Assembly (NCBI GenBank): GCA_023334545.1 | Contig: JAADVB010000141.1 | Span: forward strand, 1-48,657 | Reading direction: 5' to 3' | Source: Salisapilia sapeloensis CBS 127946 | Lineage: Eukaryota > Protista > Oomycota | DNA length: 48,657 nt | Part shown: piece by piece, positions 19,701 to 28,218 of the stretch | Numbering within the stretch: the first letter of the stretch is position 1 | How the letters are laid out: every line of letters starts with the position of its first letter | Program-made: the position numbers and the translations under genes | The notes under the pieces: generated by a model | What the model saw: the letters and a program-made list of their open reading frames with translations, nothing else | Databases searched by the model: none | What the model was told of the DNA's origin: nothing

Positions 19701-22700
19701 AGTACGTCGCATTGGAGGAATCATTAACAGCTTCCTTCAAGGTGTTCCAGTCACCCATCTTACGCACAGCTTCACGCTGACTTGCGTTCAGTTGGAAGCT
19801 AGGTGCTGTAGTAGATCGTAGCAGGTGGTTGTATCCTAAGCTGCGTAGTGCTGATTGAAAACCAATTGTCGCCTCTTCCTTTGTCATGAACGATTCGTTC
19901 GAGTCAGTCTGTAGGATGGCTTCGTACAGCGGTAGGGCCTTGTCATACATGCCTTCGTGGTTGTACATGGTCAATTGCGATGCGTACGTCCGTCCATCGA
20001 GCACACCATAGAGTCCATCGACACTACCGTCTTCTTCATGTGCCTTTACGAGTATCGATCGAACACGATCATCCAGCGGTGATGCTCCTGCTCGAGATAG
20101 ATCGCCTGATACACATCCATGCTTACTTTCCAACCACATCTCAATGTATTGCATGGCAGAGTAGGGCATCTTTGCCGCAATAGATGCCGCTGCTACATTT
20201 CGAAAATCTACATCTACAACACAGCCATACAAGGGTCGACTTGCCATCTTACTCTTGGATCCTTTGGCATTCAACTGGATAAAAGATGACTTCTCTGTCT
20301 CACGTAAAAAGTTGAGAGCGTGAATTAGTAGTTGCAGCGACTGGAGAGACGGCATGTCTCCATCGTCTTCAGCAGCTGACTGCAGCATATCTTTAATCCC
20401 TTCCTCCGCTGTCTTTCCAACCGCACTTAAACTTGTCTGACTGTTGCGATGGAGAACGTATCCGAGAGCATAGGGAAAGAGGAAGACAGCAACGTCAGTA
20501 CGACTTGTTGCTACGCTGGAGCAAGCAGACATGGCCTTGTCGGACACTTTCGAGACTAGATACGACGAGATCTGACGCACCCAGTCGTTGAAAGGAAGGC
20601 TGTTGCTTGTACTCCATAGCTCCATGTGACTCATTTCATCCAAAGGTATGGAAAGCTTCCTGCTGGTGGCATGAGAAGGAGTGAAGCTCGACCATGACGA
20701 CGCAGAAGCACCAGCAAACGGGAGAACAAACCTTTTCAGTTCTACATCTCGACTCTTCTCCAACGCACTTTGTACTGCGTCTAGTGTCACTATTTCGCGT
20801 AGCGTACAAAGCACTTGGAGAAGGACATTTGGTGGTGGCGAAGGTACCTCGAAGAAGATAGAAGAAAGCATTTCCACTAATCTCTCTCGCATCGTCATGA
20901 CGAATGAAGTCGAGGTACTGTGCAAAGCATCCCGGTGGAATTGCTGTCGATAGAGTGTCTGCATCATACTTGGGTCTTGGCCAGGATTAATATTAAACGC
21001 ATTGGCGTCCAATCCACCAATTTCTCCTAATGTATCAGCCACAGCTTCTTTCATCCGGTCGTCTTCCACTTTCATATAGCACAGACGAGTGGCTACCTGC
21101 TCTAGAGTCGCCTTGTACTGTTCTTTCGACATAATTCGGCTGCTCCGAAGCCGACGTATGCTCTTCTGGATTTCATTTAGCTTATTGGAATCACTAACAC
21201 CTTCCGTCTGCCATCGATTGGTGTGATGTGGCTCAAAGAAGTTGTGACTAGATGTGCTTTGCTTCGCTACAAAGGCTGCTAGCTTTCGAGGTGCGGCGTC
21301 GACATCTAGCTCATCTGACATACTTGCATCCTCCGTCTTGACCTCTTCCCTACCGGAACAAGTGGACCGTATGAGACTGTTTAGCTTATCCATCCCACTA
21401 TTCACTCCCGTCGGCAAAAGCTCGACTTGAGACAGATATCGATCCAGTCCACTCGATACGTTATTGCAAATACTGAAGAAAACACTTTCTAGATCTCCTA
21501 GACTAGTCTGCAATGCATTGATGTTGGAGCATCGGAAGAGCACTGTACTCGTCTCCTGGATAATGTAAGCAAGATTCTTGCCAAAGACATCCACTTGTTG
21601 TAGATACGCAGAGCAGGTTTGTTTCACAATCGCCATGATATCTGCCATAGCTTCTACGTGCTTGTCTGGTATGGCTTCCAACGCACGGAAGCAGACATGA
21701 AGAGCTAATCGTTGGAGCACAAAGTCATCTTTCATCACTGACAATGTAAGGTCGATGAGGTGGGCTAGACAAGCGATAGCATGACGTAGCTTTCGTTGCG
21801 TGTGAGTGGACGAAAGAATCAGCACTTGTAATTGTACAAACATTTCCGTGATGTTTAACTGTTCCCATTCGATGCCTTTTTCATGCTTGCTATCGAAAGC
21901 TTTAACTGCTTTCCGCCACGTTGTACCATCTATAACGACACCTCGTTCATTCAAGTTGGGTAACCCCCACGTCGTATACCGAGCCATCTTCATGAGTGCA
22001 TATCCAATGTGGGAAGATGATAGGCCAAGATCTGAAGCTTTTGCTTTAGTTTGCTCAAGTAGACTAGTGCCTTTTGACTGTAGTTGGTCATCGTCTGTCG
22101 CCAGAGACAAAAATGAAAGTGCGAATCGATCCGACACGATTTGTTCTTGCACAAAGGGTGCGGTATCCACATTAAGAGGTGTCTGTCCAGAGCTTCTCTT
22201 CTCTTTATGCATCAGCAATAGCCGTGCCACGTCCTCTACTAGTGCAAAGGTATCGTCCTTTTGGTTACTGATAAAAGCTTCATGGTATAACGCTGCAAAG
22301 ACGATCTGGTCGAGTTGAGATGATAGAAAGTCCAAGACACTTCGAACTGTCGTCTCACCTAATAGCTCCATGACAGGAAACCTTTGAAGATATGACATTG
22401 TGTCTTCCATATTCACATCGCTGTCTTGTGCCATTCCATCGGACAAATGATGTGTAAAAAGAAGTGCGAGGTAATCATTCACTAAGTCGTCTGCTCCATC
22501 GTATCCATACTGCTTTCCAATCGTTTCTAACCACTTCTGTAGTACGCAGTTATTATGTCGAGAATACCACCACAATCCACTCTTGGCTAGATCTAGAAAC
22601 ACGACGAGTATCTTTGGTACCATCTCTTCACTTGCACAAGCGCATGTATAGAGACTGACGAGTAACGATAGACTCACATCCGGGTCTTCCGCTTTTAAAT

Positions 22701-25700
22701 ACTCGACAGACGTGTCGTCACTTGCACCCGTCGGATTTGGCATGAGTGGCATCAAAAACGTTTTCAAGTCTTCCCATACCCTTGCTTGAGCTTCTGCATC
22801 CGAGTACATGTAAAAGATGACTTTCAACTCAAGTCCAGTGACACTACGGACGATAAAGTTGTGGTCGCGCAGTCGCTTTTGTACAAGATCGACAAAAAAA
22901 TCACCAAAGACTTCTAGATCTAACACAAAGAAAGCACTTGACGCTTCAACTTCCACTCTTCGAGCCATATGCATTGCTCTCTTCGTCTTCTTCGAAGCAG
23001 CCACGACATCCAGCACAGACTTTGCAGTTGAAGCAAGTTCATCACACGGGTCTTTCCCCGATTCCCTCTTCCTCCGATCAGCCTTCAGAGATGCAAGTCG
23101 CAGGACTTCTAGTGCTTCTGCATAGAACACTAGCGCTGCTACTTTACCTGCGTCTTTCGTGTCGCGAAAGTCAATGGAAGCACATGTGCCTTCATCCACT
23201 GCGTAAGCTACTATCTTACACGCAACCTTTGTGCTTTCGTGACTACCAACACGATAGAGCATGAATGGTATTGCAAGTAAAAAGTCTGGCGTGAGATTCA
23301 CACTAGACGCATACTCTCGTACAGTCTCTAAAGCATTCTCTTGCTTCAAAAGTAGCAAGAGACGAAAGCTCCAGAGCGTCAAAGCTCTTTCCGATGTCCG
23401 ATCTAACGATGTCTCTTGCCTTTCAATGTCGAGAAAATCTTCTGCACTTGTCGATCGAGAAGCGTTCCATGAAGAGTGTCCGTCGTCACGCTTTGGACCA
23501 CGTCGGGTGACCATGTCTGATACGAGAGAGATACTTTTATCGATAGCACGGATGATCTGGCGAATGGCTGGACGTAGCTGGGATGGAATCGTCAAGTCGA
23601 TTGTTGCTGACGTCGGTTGTGCCCACGTCTCTACCTTGTGCTTGCCTTGTAAGACAAGTATGATTGTATAAAAGCTAATGTGCGAATGCAGAGCACGATC
23701 TATCGCGGTATCGCTGTTGTACGCATCATGCAGTAGAGATGGAGAATAATGGTCGGCCACGGTCGCGAGCGCGGTTTCCATGAGAGATAACACTTTTATA
23801 GAAAACTCGGCGTTAGATGCTTGTAACGCTCTATAAGTCATCGCAAGGACGACACCAATGCGCAAGCAGGAATCTATTGCATCCCACATTGACTCGAGAG
23901 GACTTTTCATCAAGCACAAAACGTCGGTTAGCTTCGCTAGCATACTTTTCATTTCTTCTAGCACTTGAGTTTGCATTTTAATTGCACACTGTGCTGACAT
24001 GGAAAGACGACTCGGTAGTTCTGTTCTATTCACCCGGTACGTTGGTCGTATGTTCTCATCTTCATCTACTAGATGCAGAGGCAAGTCTCCTTTCCTGTCT
24101 TGATTATCTCTTGTACTACTCGTTTCTTCCAACAAATCTTCTGCTAAATATTGCTGCAGGAGAAGAGGAAGACGATCTTTACGTGAAGATATAGCAAGTA
24201 GGCTCTTATCAGCTTCTTGCGCTTCTAGTCCCCATTCGTGTAGACAAAATGATACGCCAAAGCCGTTTAAAACATAGTCTTGACTGGAAGAAACTCGACG
24301 ATGTTGAAGATGCTGAACCAAGGGGGGGAGAGGGATACGTATGGACGATACGGTCTTGCTTGGACGACCTGTGCGACACATTGCTAGGATAGTCGATGCG
24401 TATAATACACGTAAACCATCAGATTCATGGCGAGGTCCAGTCGCTGCATCATCAAGCACAATACATCGGTTCATGTGGCTCATCAACACCTTTACAAACT
24501 TGCTTCTTAGTGGCGTCAGCTTTAATCGGTGTGTATCATCCGTACTCTCTTGTGTCAAAGAATCCATTATGACATCTTCTTCCTCCATGTCTTCCTCTGG
24601 TAACGCTGTTTCTTGCATTATAGTATTCAACAAGGCGATAGGGGCCACACTAGCCACCCCTCCACCTTCCCACAGCTTTGGTTCGAAGACTGGCAAGTTC
24701 CATAGCTCTTGCGTCGTGCTTTGAGCCACTGCTGATGGTACCAAACCAAGTGCTAGGCAACAATTTAACAAACAAATGACGATTTGTCCGACGTCATGGT
24801 CTCCACTCGCCACTTTCTCTGTCGCTCGGTAGTATGGAAGAGTCGAGTTGAGTAGTACTTGCCACAGACTTCCCCACATCTCTTTTATTTCTTCACCACA
24901 TGCGTCTTTTTCCTGGGAGGAGACGAGAGCAATTTGTAGAAGCACATGTAGACACAGCACTTGCGTTTCATGCACGTCCTGCGTTCGTAGCTTATCTGTC
25001 AATGTCTTGATTACGAGCAAAACGTCTCCAATACGATTGTCTAGATAGTACTGCCCATTGCGTTCAAACAAAAAGATTGCTAGTACTAGATACACTTGCA
25101 GCTGACTATTTAAGCTCTCTCGTTCTCGTTCACGTCTTCCTGTTGATGTCAAGGATAACGACACTTCGTCTTTTATAGACGTTGTTGGAACCAGATCACC
25201 ACATAAATGCTCTACTAAAGTCTCCCATAAGAGTGTATTCATGTGAGATCGAGAACGTTTGCGAGAGAAAGAAGGGCTTTCAGAGTGTATGACTGGGTGC
25301 TCCACTAGCGTCACAGCTAGTCGGTCATGCAGTCCGACAATGTCTGCTGCGCAAGAGAAAAAAGAGAGAGCTCCATCGGTTTGAGTGCTGAAAGTAACTG
25401 AACTATCTCGACTAGTCTTGAAGCCTGAAGTGATGGTATGAGACGAAGTGAACAAGGAAGCACCTCGAGAGGATCGTGTCAAGTGAGGTAGCATGTGACC
25501 TAGCTCCTTTGTATCCATAAAGACGCTTGATAATGCTTTTAGATCTTTTAACAATTCCTGTCGGCGCTCTGTGCTTTCCTGATGGATGGAAGGGGCAGGA
25601 TAGAGGGACAAGTAGGCCAAAGTGAATTCTGAAAACGCGTGTTTTAGTCTCAGAGTCGCTCGAGACCAGGAACGAACAACGCTTCGTAGGATAAGACTGC

Positions 25701-26535
25701 CTTGCCATTTCATATGGTTTGAAACAGGATGCTTTGCACGTGTGATTAGAGCCGTAGCAGCTTTTAATATCGTCGGAGTAAGGTCAGATGGCATTTGCTG
25801 ATCATCCGTTTGCTTAAAGCAGTCTAAGAAGAAAGAAACCAGATCTGGAATCCAGTCGTCGAGGTCGATGACGTAATTGGACAAGGCTAACTCGAGCGCA
25901 TAGGCTTTCGCAGCGTAATTTGGTTTCAGAGGATGTGTTTGGAGATCCTGGATCGTATATTCCAACAACTTTTGCAAGTTGGGAATGTCCAATACAGCCA
26001 AATAGACTTTGTAACGAAACAGAATGTTGACGCAGCCATACGCATGTGCCTCCATCTTCGCTGCAAAATCCTGATAATCAGCATTCCCTTCCTCATACGA
26101 CGCTGGAGCACACTCAATGACCTCGACACAATACTCGAACAGCTTGCGTAGAGTGTCTTTTCCATTCGAATCAAGATGTAGTGTCGGTGTGCCACCTTCA
26201 ACTGGATGCACGGCCTGGAATTTATCTCTCAGCGTTGCCAAGTAATAAGGCTGTAATACTCTTTTACGACTATTAACGCGTCTGAGCGAAGAAGCAGGAA
26301 GATCAACAGTCACTACATCCAGCATAGAAAGAAACAGTAGACCCCATCCACTCCAGCGATGCAGACACTTGACATGGGATTTCTCCTCGAGGAACTGGAG
26401 GACTTTAGCAAAGATATCTGCTCGATCTTTTTGTGTCTTTGCATGACGAAGAGCCGTACAGTTTGATTTATAAACTTTCCAAATACTCTTGGCAGTCTCT
26501 CCAGCCGATGTGGTCCCTGCCAAAGGCGAATCCAT
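16753..26535 (-). CDS. ATM: ATM/Tel1 PIKK serine/threonine kinase, 3260 aa, apparently intronless
   Basis: C-terminal kinase motifs GSDGNRYKQLVKGRDDTRQD, GIGDRHSQNIL and HIDFGVVFDQG; ETVPFRLTRD; FATC ending LFPGWAPWL. There is a FAT region and a near-TAN motif (LRHAKTQKDRADI) at the N-terminus. Confidence 0.95.
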   Translation of the reverse strand: MDSPLAGTTSAGETAKSIWKVYKSNCTALRHAKTQKDRADIFAKVLQFLEEKSHVKCLHRWSGWGLLFLSMLDVVTVDLPASSLRRVNSRKRVLQPYYLATLRDKFQAVHPVEGGTPTLHLDSNGKDTLRKLFEYCVEVIECAPASYEEGNADYQDFAAKMEAHAYGCVNILFRYKVYLAVLDIPNLQKLLEYTIQDLQTHPLKPNYAAKAYALELALSNYVIDLDDWIPDLVSFFLDCFKQTDDQQMPSDLTPTILKAATALITRAKHPVSNHMKWQGSLILRSVVRSWSRATLRLKHAFSEFTLAYLSLYPAPSIHQESTERRQELLKDLKALSSVFMDTKELGHMLPHLTRSSRGASLFTSSHTITSGFKTSRDSSVTFSTQTDGALSFFSCAADIVGLHDRLAVTLVEHPVIHSESPSFSRKRSRSHMNTLLWETLVEHLCGDLVPTTSIKDEVSLSLTSTGRRERERESLNSQLQVYLVLAIFLFERNGQYYLDNRIGDVLLVIKTLTDKLRTQDVHETQVLCLHVLLQIALVSSQEKDACGEEIKEMWGSLWQVLLNSTLPYYRATEKVASGDHDVGQIVICLLNCCLALGLVPSAVAQSTTQELWNLPVFEPKLWEGGGVASVAPIALLNTIMQETALPEEDMEEEDVIMDSLTQESTDDTHRLKLTPLRSKFVKVLMSHMNRCIVLDDAATGPRHESDGLRVLYASTILAMCRTGRPSKTVSSIRIPLPPLVQHLQHRRVSSSQDYVLNGFGVSFCLHEWGLEAQEADKSLLAISSRKDRLPLLLQQYLAEDLLEETSSTRDNQDRKGDLPLHLVDEDENIRPTYRVNRTELPSRLSMSAQCAIKMQTQVLEEMKSMLAKLTDVLCLMKSPLESMWDAIDSCLRIGVVLAMTYRALQASNAEFSIKVLSLMETALATVADHYSPSLLHDAYNSDTAIDRALHSHISFYTIILVLQGKHKVETWAQPTSATIDLTIPSQLRPAIRQIIRAIDKSISLVSDMVTRRGPKRDDGHSSWNASRSTSAEDFLDIERQETSLDRTSERALTLWSFRLLLLLKQENALETVREYASSVNLTPDFLLAIPFMLYRVGSHESTKVACKIVAYAVDEGTCASIDFRDTKDAGKVAALVFYAEALEVLRLASLKADRRKRESGKDPCDELASTAKSVLDVVAASKKTKRAMHMARRVEVEASSAFFVLDLEVFGDFFVDLVQKRLRDHNFIVRSVTGLELKVIFYMYSDAEAQARVWEDLKTFLMPLMPNPTGASDDTSVEYLKAEDPDVSLSLLVSLYTCACASEEMVPKILVVFLDLAKSGLWWYSRHNNCVLQKWLETIGKQYGYDGADDLVNDYLALLFTHHLSDGMAQDSDVNMEDTMSYLQRFPVMELLGETTVRSVLDFLSSQLDQIVFAALYHEAFISNQKDDTFALVEDVARLLLMHKEKRSSGQTPLNVDTAPFVQEQIVSDRFALSFLSLATDDDQLQSKGTSLLEQTKAKASDLGLSSSHIGYALMKMARYTTWGLPNLNERGVVIDGTTWRKAVKAFDSKHEKGIEWEQLNITEMFVQLQVLILSSTHTQRKLRHAIACLAHLIDLTLSVMKDDFVLQRLALHVCFRALEAIPDKHVEAMADIMAIVKQTCSAYLQQVDVFGKNLAYIIQETSTVLFRCSNINALQTSLGDLESVFFSICNNVSSGLDRYLSQVELLPTGVNSGMDKLNSLIRSTCSGREEVKTEDASMSDELDVDAAPRKLAAFVAKQSTSSHNFFEPHHTNRWQTEGVSDSNKLNEIQKSIRRLRSSRIMSKEQYKATLEQVATRLCYMKVEDDRMKEAVADTLGEIGGLDANAFNINPGQDPSMMQTLYRQQFHRDALHSTSTSFVMTMRERLVEMLSSIFFEVPSPPPNVLLQVLCTLREIVTLDAVQSALEKSRDVELKRFVLPFAGASASSWSSFTPSHATSRKLSIPLDEMSHMELWSTSNSLPFNDWVRQISSYLVSKVSDKAMSACSSVATSRTDVAVFLFPYALGYVLHRNSQTSLSAVGKTAEEGIKDMLQSAAEDDGDMPSLQSLQLLIHALNFLRETEKSSFIQLNAKGSKSKMASRPLYGCVVDVDFRNVAAASIAAKMPYSAMQYIEMWLESKHGCVSGDLSRAGASPLDDRVRSILVKAHEEDGSVDGLYGVLDGRTYASQLTMYNHEGMYDKALPLYEAILQTDSNESFMTKEEATIGFQSALRSLGYNHLLRSTTAPSFQLNASQREAVRKMGDWNTLKEAVNDSSNATYSHERILTESLQLLEQRDYTTMLDCTKQAKKDVLASMQTSISGLEATKELYSSLLHLQSIREVEEAAQSLQGRQHVTPISSKLVNSQDDMDEQGSTTLSMIELHERWQQRNRHLMDDFDQLHPVMQLQQTLIQQVTVGEEKNRLLTEHLLSTVSISRKAGRVAIAYRALMQLQQLEAEQSLPITSQIQSTIAKAKLLWDQRETRSALWVAQEVEQDISSKLKNVSREQTKVSLQRLQVSTLTMIGKWLASQRSENSQTILEKYLGRAADLVNSMPHPVVKESPKEAYKAHLALADFMAEMHQQVSTRVKTREWLAGKKLADARVRELEACNRMDDEQQRNNRRHIFVLSKEVERDREERSQVENSVEQFLEGALRAYGRALAFSGTSELAIVFRLISLWFNNQSSEKANDVMEEVLESVPSYKFVPLSYQIISRINTPESSGHLSHFQRILKSLVLKLGRQHPYHTVVQLLALRNSTNVDGRHANEFRANVGDSKSIAAASILDELHSMNVGNLVESMDTLATAYTQLALFDTKEFEKTTRKIPLSKVPIHLSNSTSIESNTSKASRSARSVVSFDKVMRDLTRKSREVGAMPPVLTCHVKPRSDGDYSDVPRVMSFDSTFTVTDTGIHRPKILYCYGSDGNRYKQLVKGRDDTRQDLVIEQAFETVNQFLKEDPNCRRRGLHLCTYKVVPLSPIAGVLEWVEDTIGIGEYLTKSSRGQVSAHERYHPDEWPNSQCRSVLQNAGTTRQKLEAFEEIQRHFTPVFHHFFLEKYPDPATWMHRRKAYIHSTAVVSIVGHILGIGDRHSQNILIHEGSAEVVHIDFGVVFDQGQALMTPETVPFRLTRDIVDAMGVSGTEGTFMRCCEATLQVLRRKRSSMVTILEVFVHDPLYQWTLSPVRALQLQEGEDKRITDMETQDDAQTDAVPGSDAASRALIRIKQKLEGYEDPNGNALSIEGQVKQLISQARDEHNLCRLFPGWAPWL

Positions 26536-26786
26536 CGCCTAGCTTTTCGAGTGAGGAACTTTGTGTCGTGATCTGCTTTTTACTTGATTTTAATATGAAG
26601 CATACTAGAGCAAGTCATTATCAAAGCTATAAGTCATCCTAGAATCGATGTATAAAATATCTCTATCACTCCAAGACCAGTACGACACAGGTCTGCACAC
26701 GAGTAGATGATGATCGGATCAACCATGGTTGTAAACTTTGTGTACCTTCCAAACACCTTTTTTATTGCAAAGAAAAGAAAAAAGGA

Positions 26787-27756
26787 TTACTGAAGACCAA
26801 GTAGTACGCCACCGCCCTGCTCCTGGTTCGGCAAGTACGTAATGTTGCGCGACTTGGCCAACGTCTCGGCGATTTCCTTGGCAGCGTCAATACGCTGCAC
26901 TTCAATGAAGCCACTTCCGCTCTTGGACACGGCTTGACTGACCAACTTGGCTGCTTCAGACTCACCCTCAGCCTTGATAATAGCCGCTTGCTTCTCCTGT
27001 TCGGACTGCATGACGACAAACTTCTGACGCTCCGCGTCCTGTTGAGCCACTTGCTTGCTCTCGACGGCACGAGTGAATTCAGGACTGTACTCGAGGTGGG
27101 TAATCGACACGTCATCGAGCGTCAAGTGGAAGTTGTTAGCACGCTCAGCGAGCTCCGTGGAAATTTGACGAGAAACCTTGTTACGCAACGTCAAGAGCTC
27201 GACGGCGTTGTACTGGGCCACAATGGACTTGAGGACCTCGTTACCGACGGAAGGAAGGATTCGCTCGTTGTAGTCTTTGCCATAGTCGGCGAAAATCTCC
27301 GGCAATTTGACCGTGTCCGGTCGAGAGAGCACACGGAGACTGATGCTCACCATCTGCAGATCCTTCGTAGATGTACGGGAGCTAATAACACGGTACTGGG
27401 ATCGAATGTCCAGAATCTCCGGGTACTATTAAATACATCTTTCATCAGTACCACGAAAAAGAGAGATCTGCATGTGGTAGCGTACCTGGAAGAATGGGAT
27501 TTTGAAGTGCGTGCCTTCGCCAACGCTCTTCTCCAGGATACCGTCCTTACGATCGAAGATAACAGCACGGTGACCACCATCCACTGTAAGAAGGAAATGA
27601 ACAATTAGCAAAAGATTTCTTCCACTATAAACGCCGACTGGTCATGACGGAGTAAGAAAAACACGTACCATCGTAGATACACTCTTGGAGTGCAAAGCCA
27701 CCGAGACCCACGGCCGTACCGAGACCGGCAATGCGGTTCAAAAAGCGGGCTGCCAT
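26787..27756 (-). CDS. PHB1: Prohibitin 1 (SPFH/Band 7), 3 exons
   Basis: [13 protein letters not shown]...CIYD|[12 protein letters not shown]...GEGTHF...|...[16 protein letters not shown]...[26 protein letters not shown]...[12 protein letters not shown]. Confidence 0.95.
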
Positions 27757-27821
27757 CTCTACTCTTTTCTTGCTCTTTTCTTGTGCTCTTTTACGTGAGC
27801 CAAAGGTTTACGACTGTGTTC

Positions 27822-27858
27822 ATTGGATAAAAGTATATTGTATCGATACACTGATTGG
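27822..27858. promoter_or_regulatory. Two CCAAT boxes (ATTGG on +) in the PHB1/COX14-like divergent promoter
   Basis: ATTGG at 27822-27826 and 27854-27858, 32 bp apart, within the 208-bp head-to-head gap. Confidence 0.5.
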
Positions 27859-27873
27859 CTATTAAACCTACAA

Positions 27874-27887
27874 GCATTCTACTTTTC
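27874..27887 (+). promoter_or_regulatory. Inr/FPR-like core promoter for the 27965 ORF
   Basis: GCATTCTACTTTTC has one mismatch to TCATTYBNNNWTTY and lies downstream of the CCAAT boxes. Confidence 0.45.
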
Positions 27888-27964
27888 GAACGGATACATA
27901 TTCGTAACCGTTACATATCATCCATGACGCGATAGCTGGACACAAGACACAAAAACAAGTGAAA

Positions 27965-28174
27965 ATGAACGGAGCTCGAGTCGCGGACGTGCTACAGAAG
28001 ACGGCGACAGCGGGCCTCTTCGCCTTGACTATTGCTGCTGCTGTAGATGTGACCAGAGGCTTTTCAGTGATGACTCAGCGCAATATAGAGAGAAGGAAGA
28101 CGTGGAATGAGCAGCAAGAGGCCGGAGAGCAGACTCCGCAGCCCAGTCATGAAGATCATACGACCCAGAAGTAG
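27965..28174 (+). CDS. Small single-TM protein (69 aa), COX14-like
   Basis: MNGARVADVLQKTATAGLFALTIAAAVDVTRG...RNIERRK. Size, the 'xADxxxK' start, one TM helix and a basic tail resemble COX14 (from memory). Codon composition looks coding, and the gene is divergent from PHB1. Confidence 0.55.
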   Translation: MNGARVADVLQKTATAGLFALTIAAAVDVTRGFSVMTQRNIERRKTWNEQQEAGEQTPQPSHEDHTTQK

Positions 28175-28218
28175 AATGCAAATTGTACTTGAAATCTTTA
28201 ACACGTGCGCATTGCAAC

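Noticed and set aside
2-26535. Functional cluster of cell-cycle/DNA-damage genes (Cdc20, CCDC13, ATM)
   Set aside because: The genes are interspersed with unrelated housekeeping genes and share no evident motif. Coincidence is likely in a gene-dense genome.
27762-27792. Short tandem CTCTTTTCTTG repeat upstream of the PHB1 ATG
   Set aside because: About 2.5 copies of a low-complexity unit in a probable 5' UTR, with no evidence of function.
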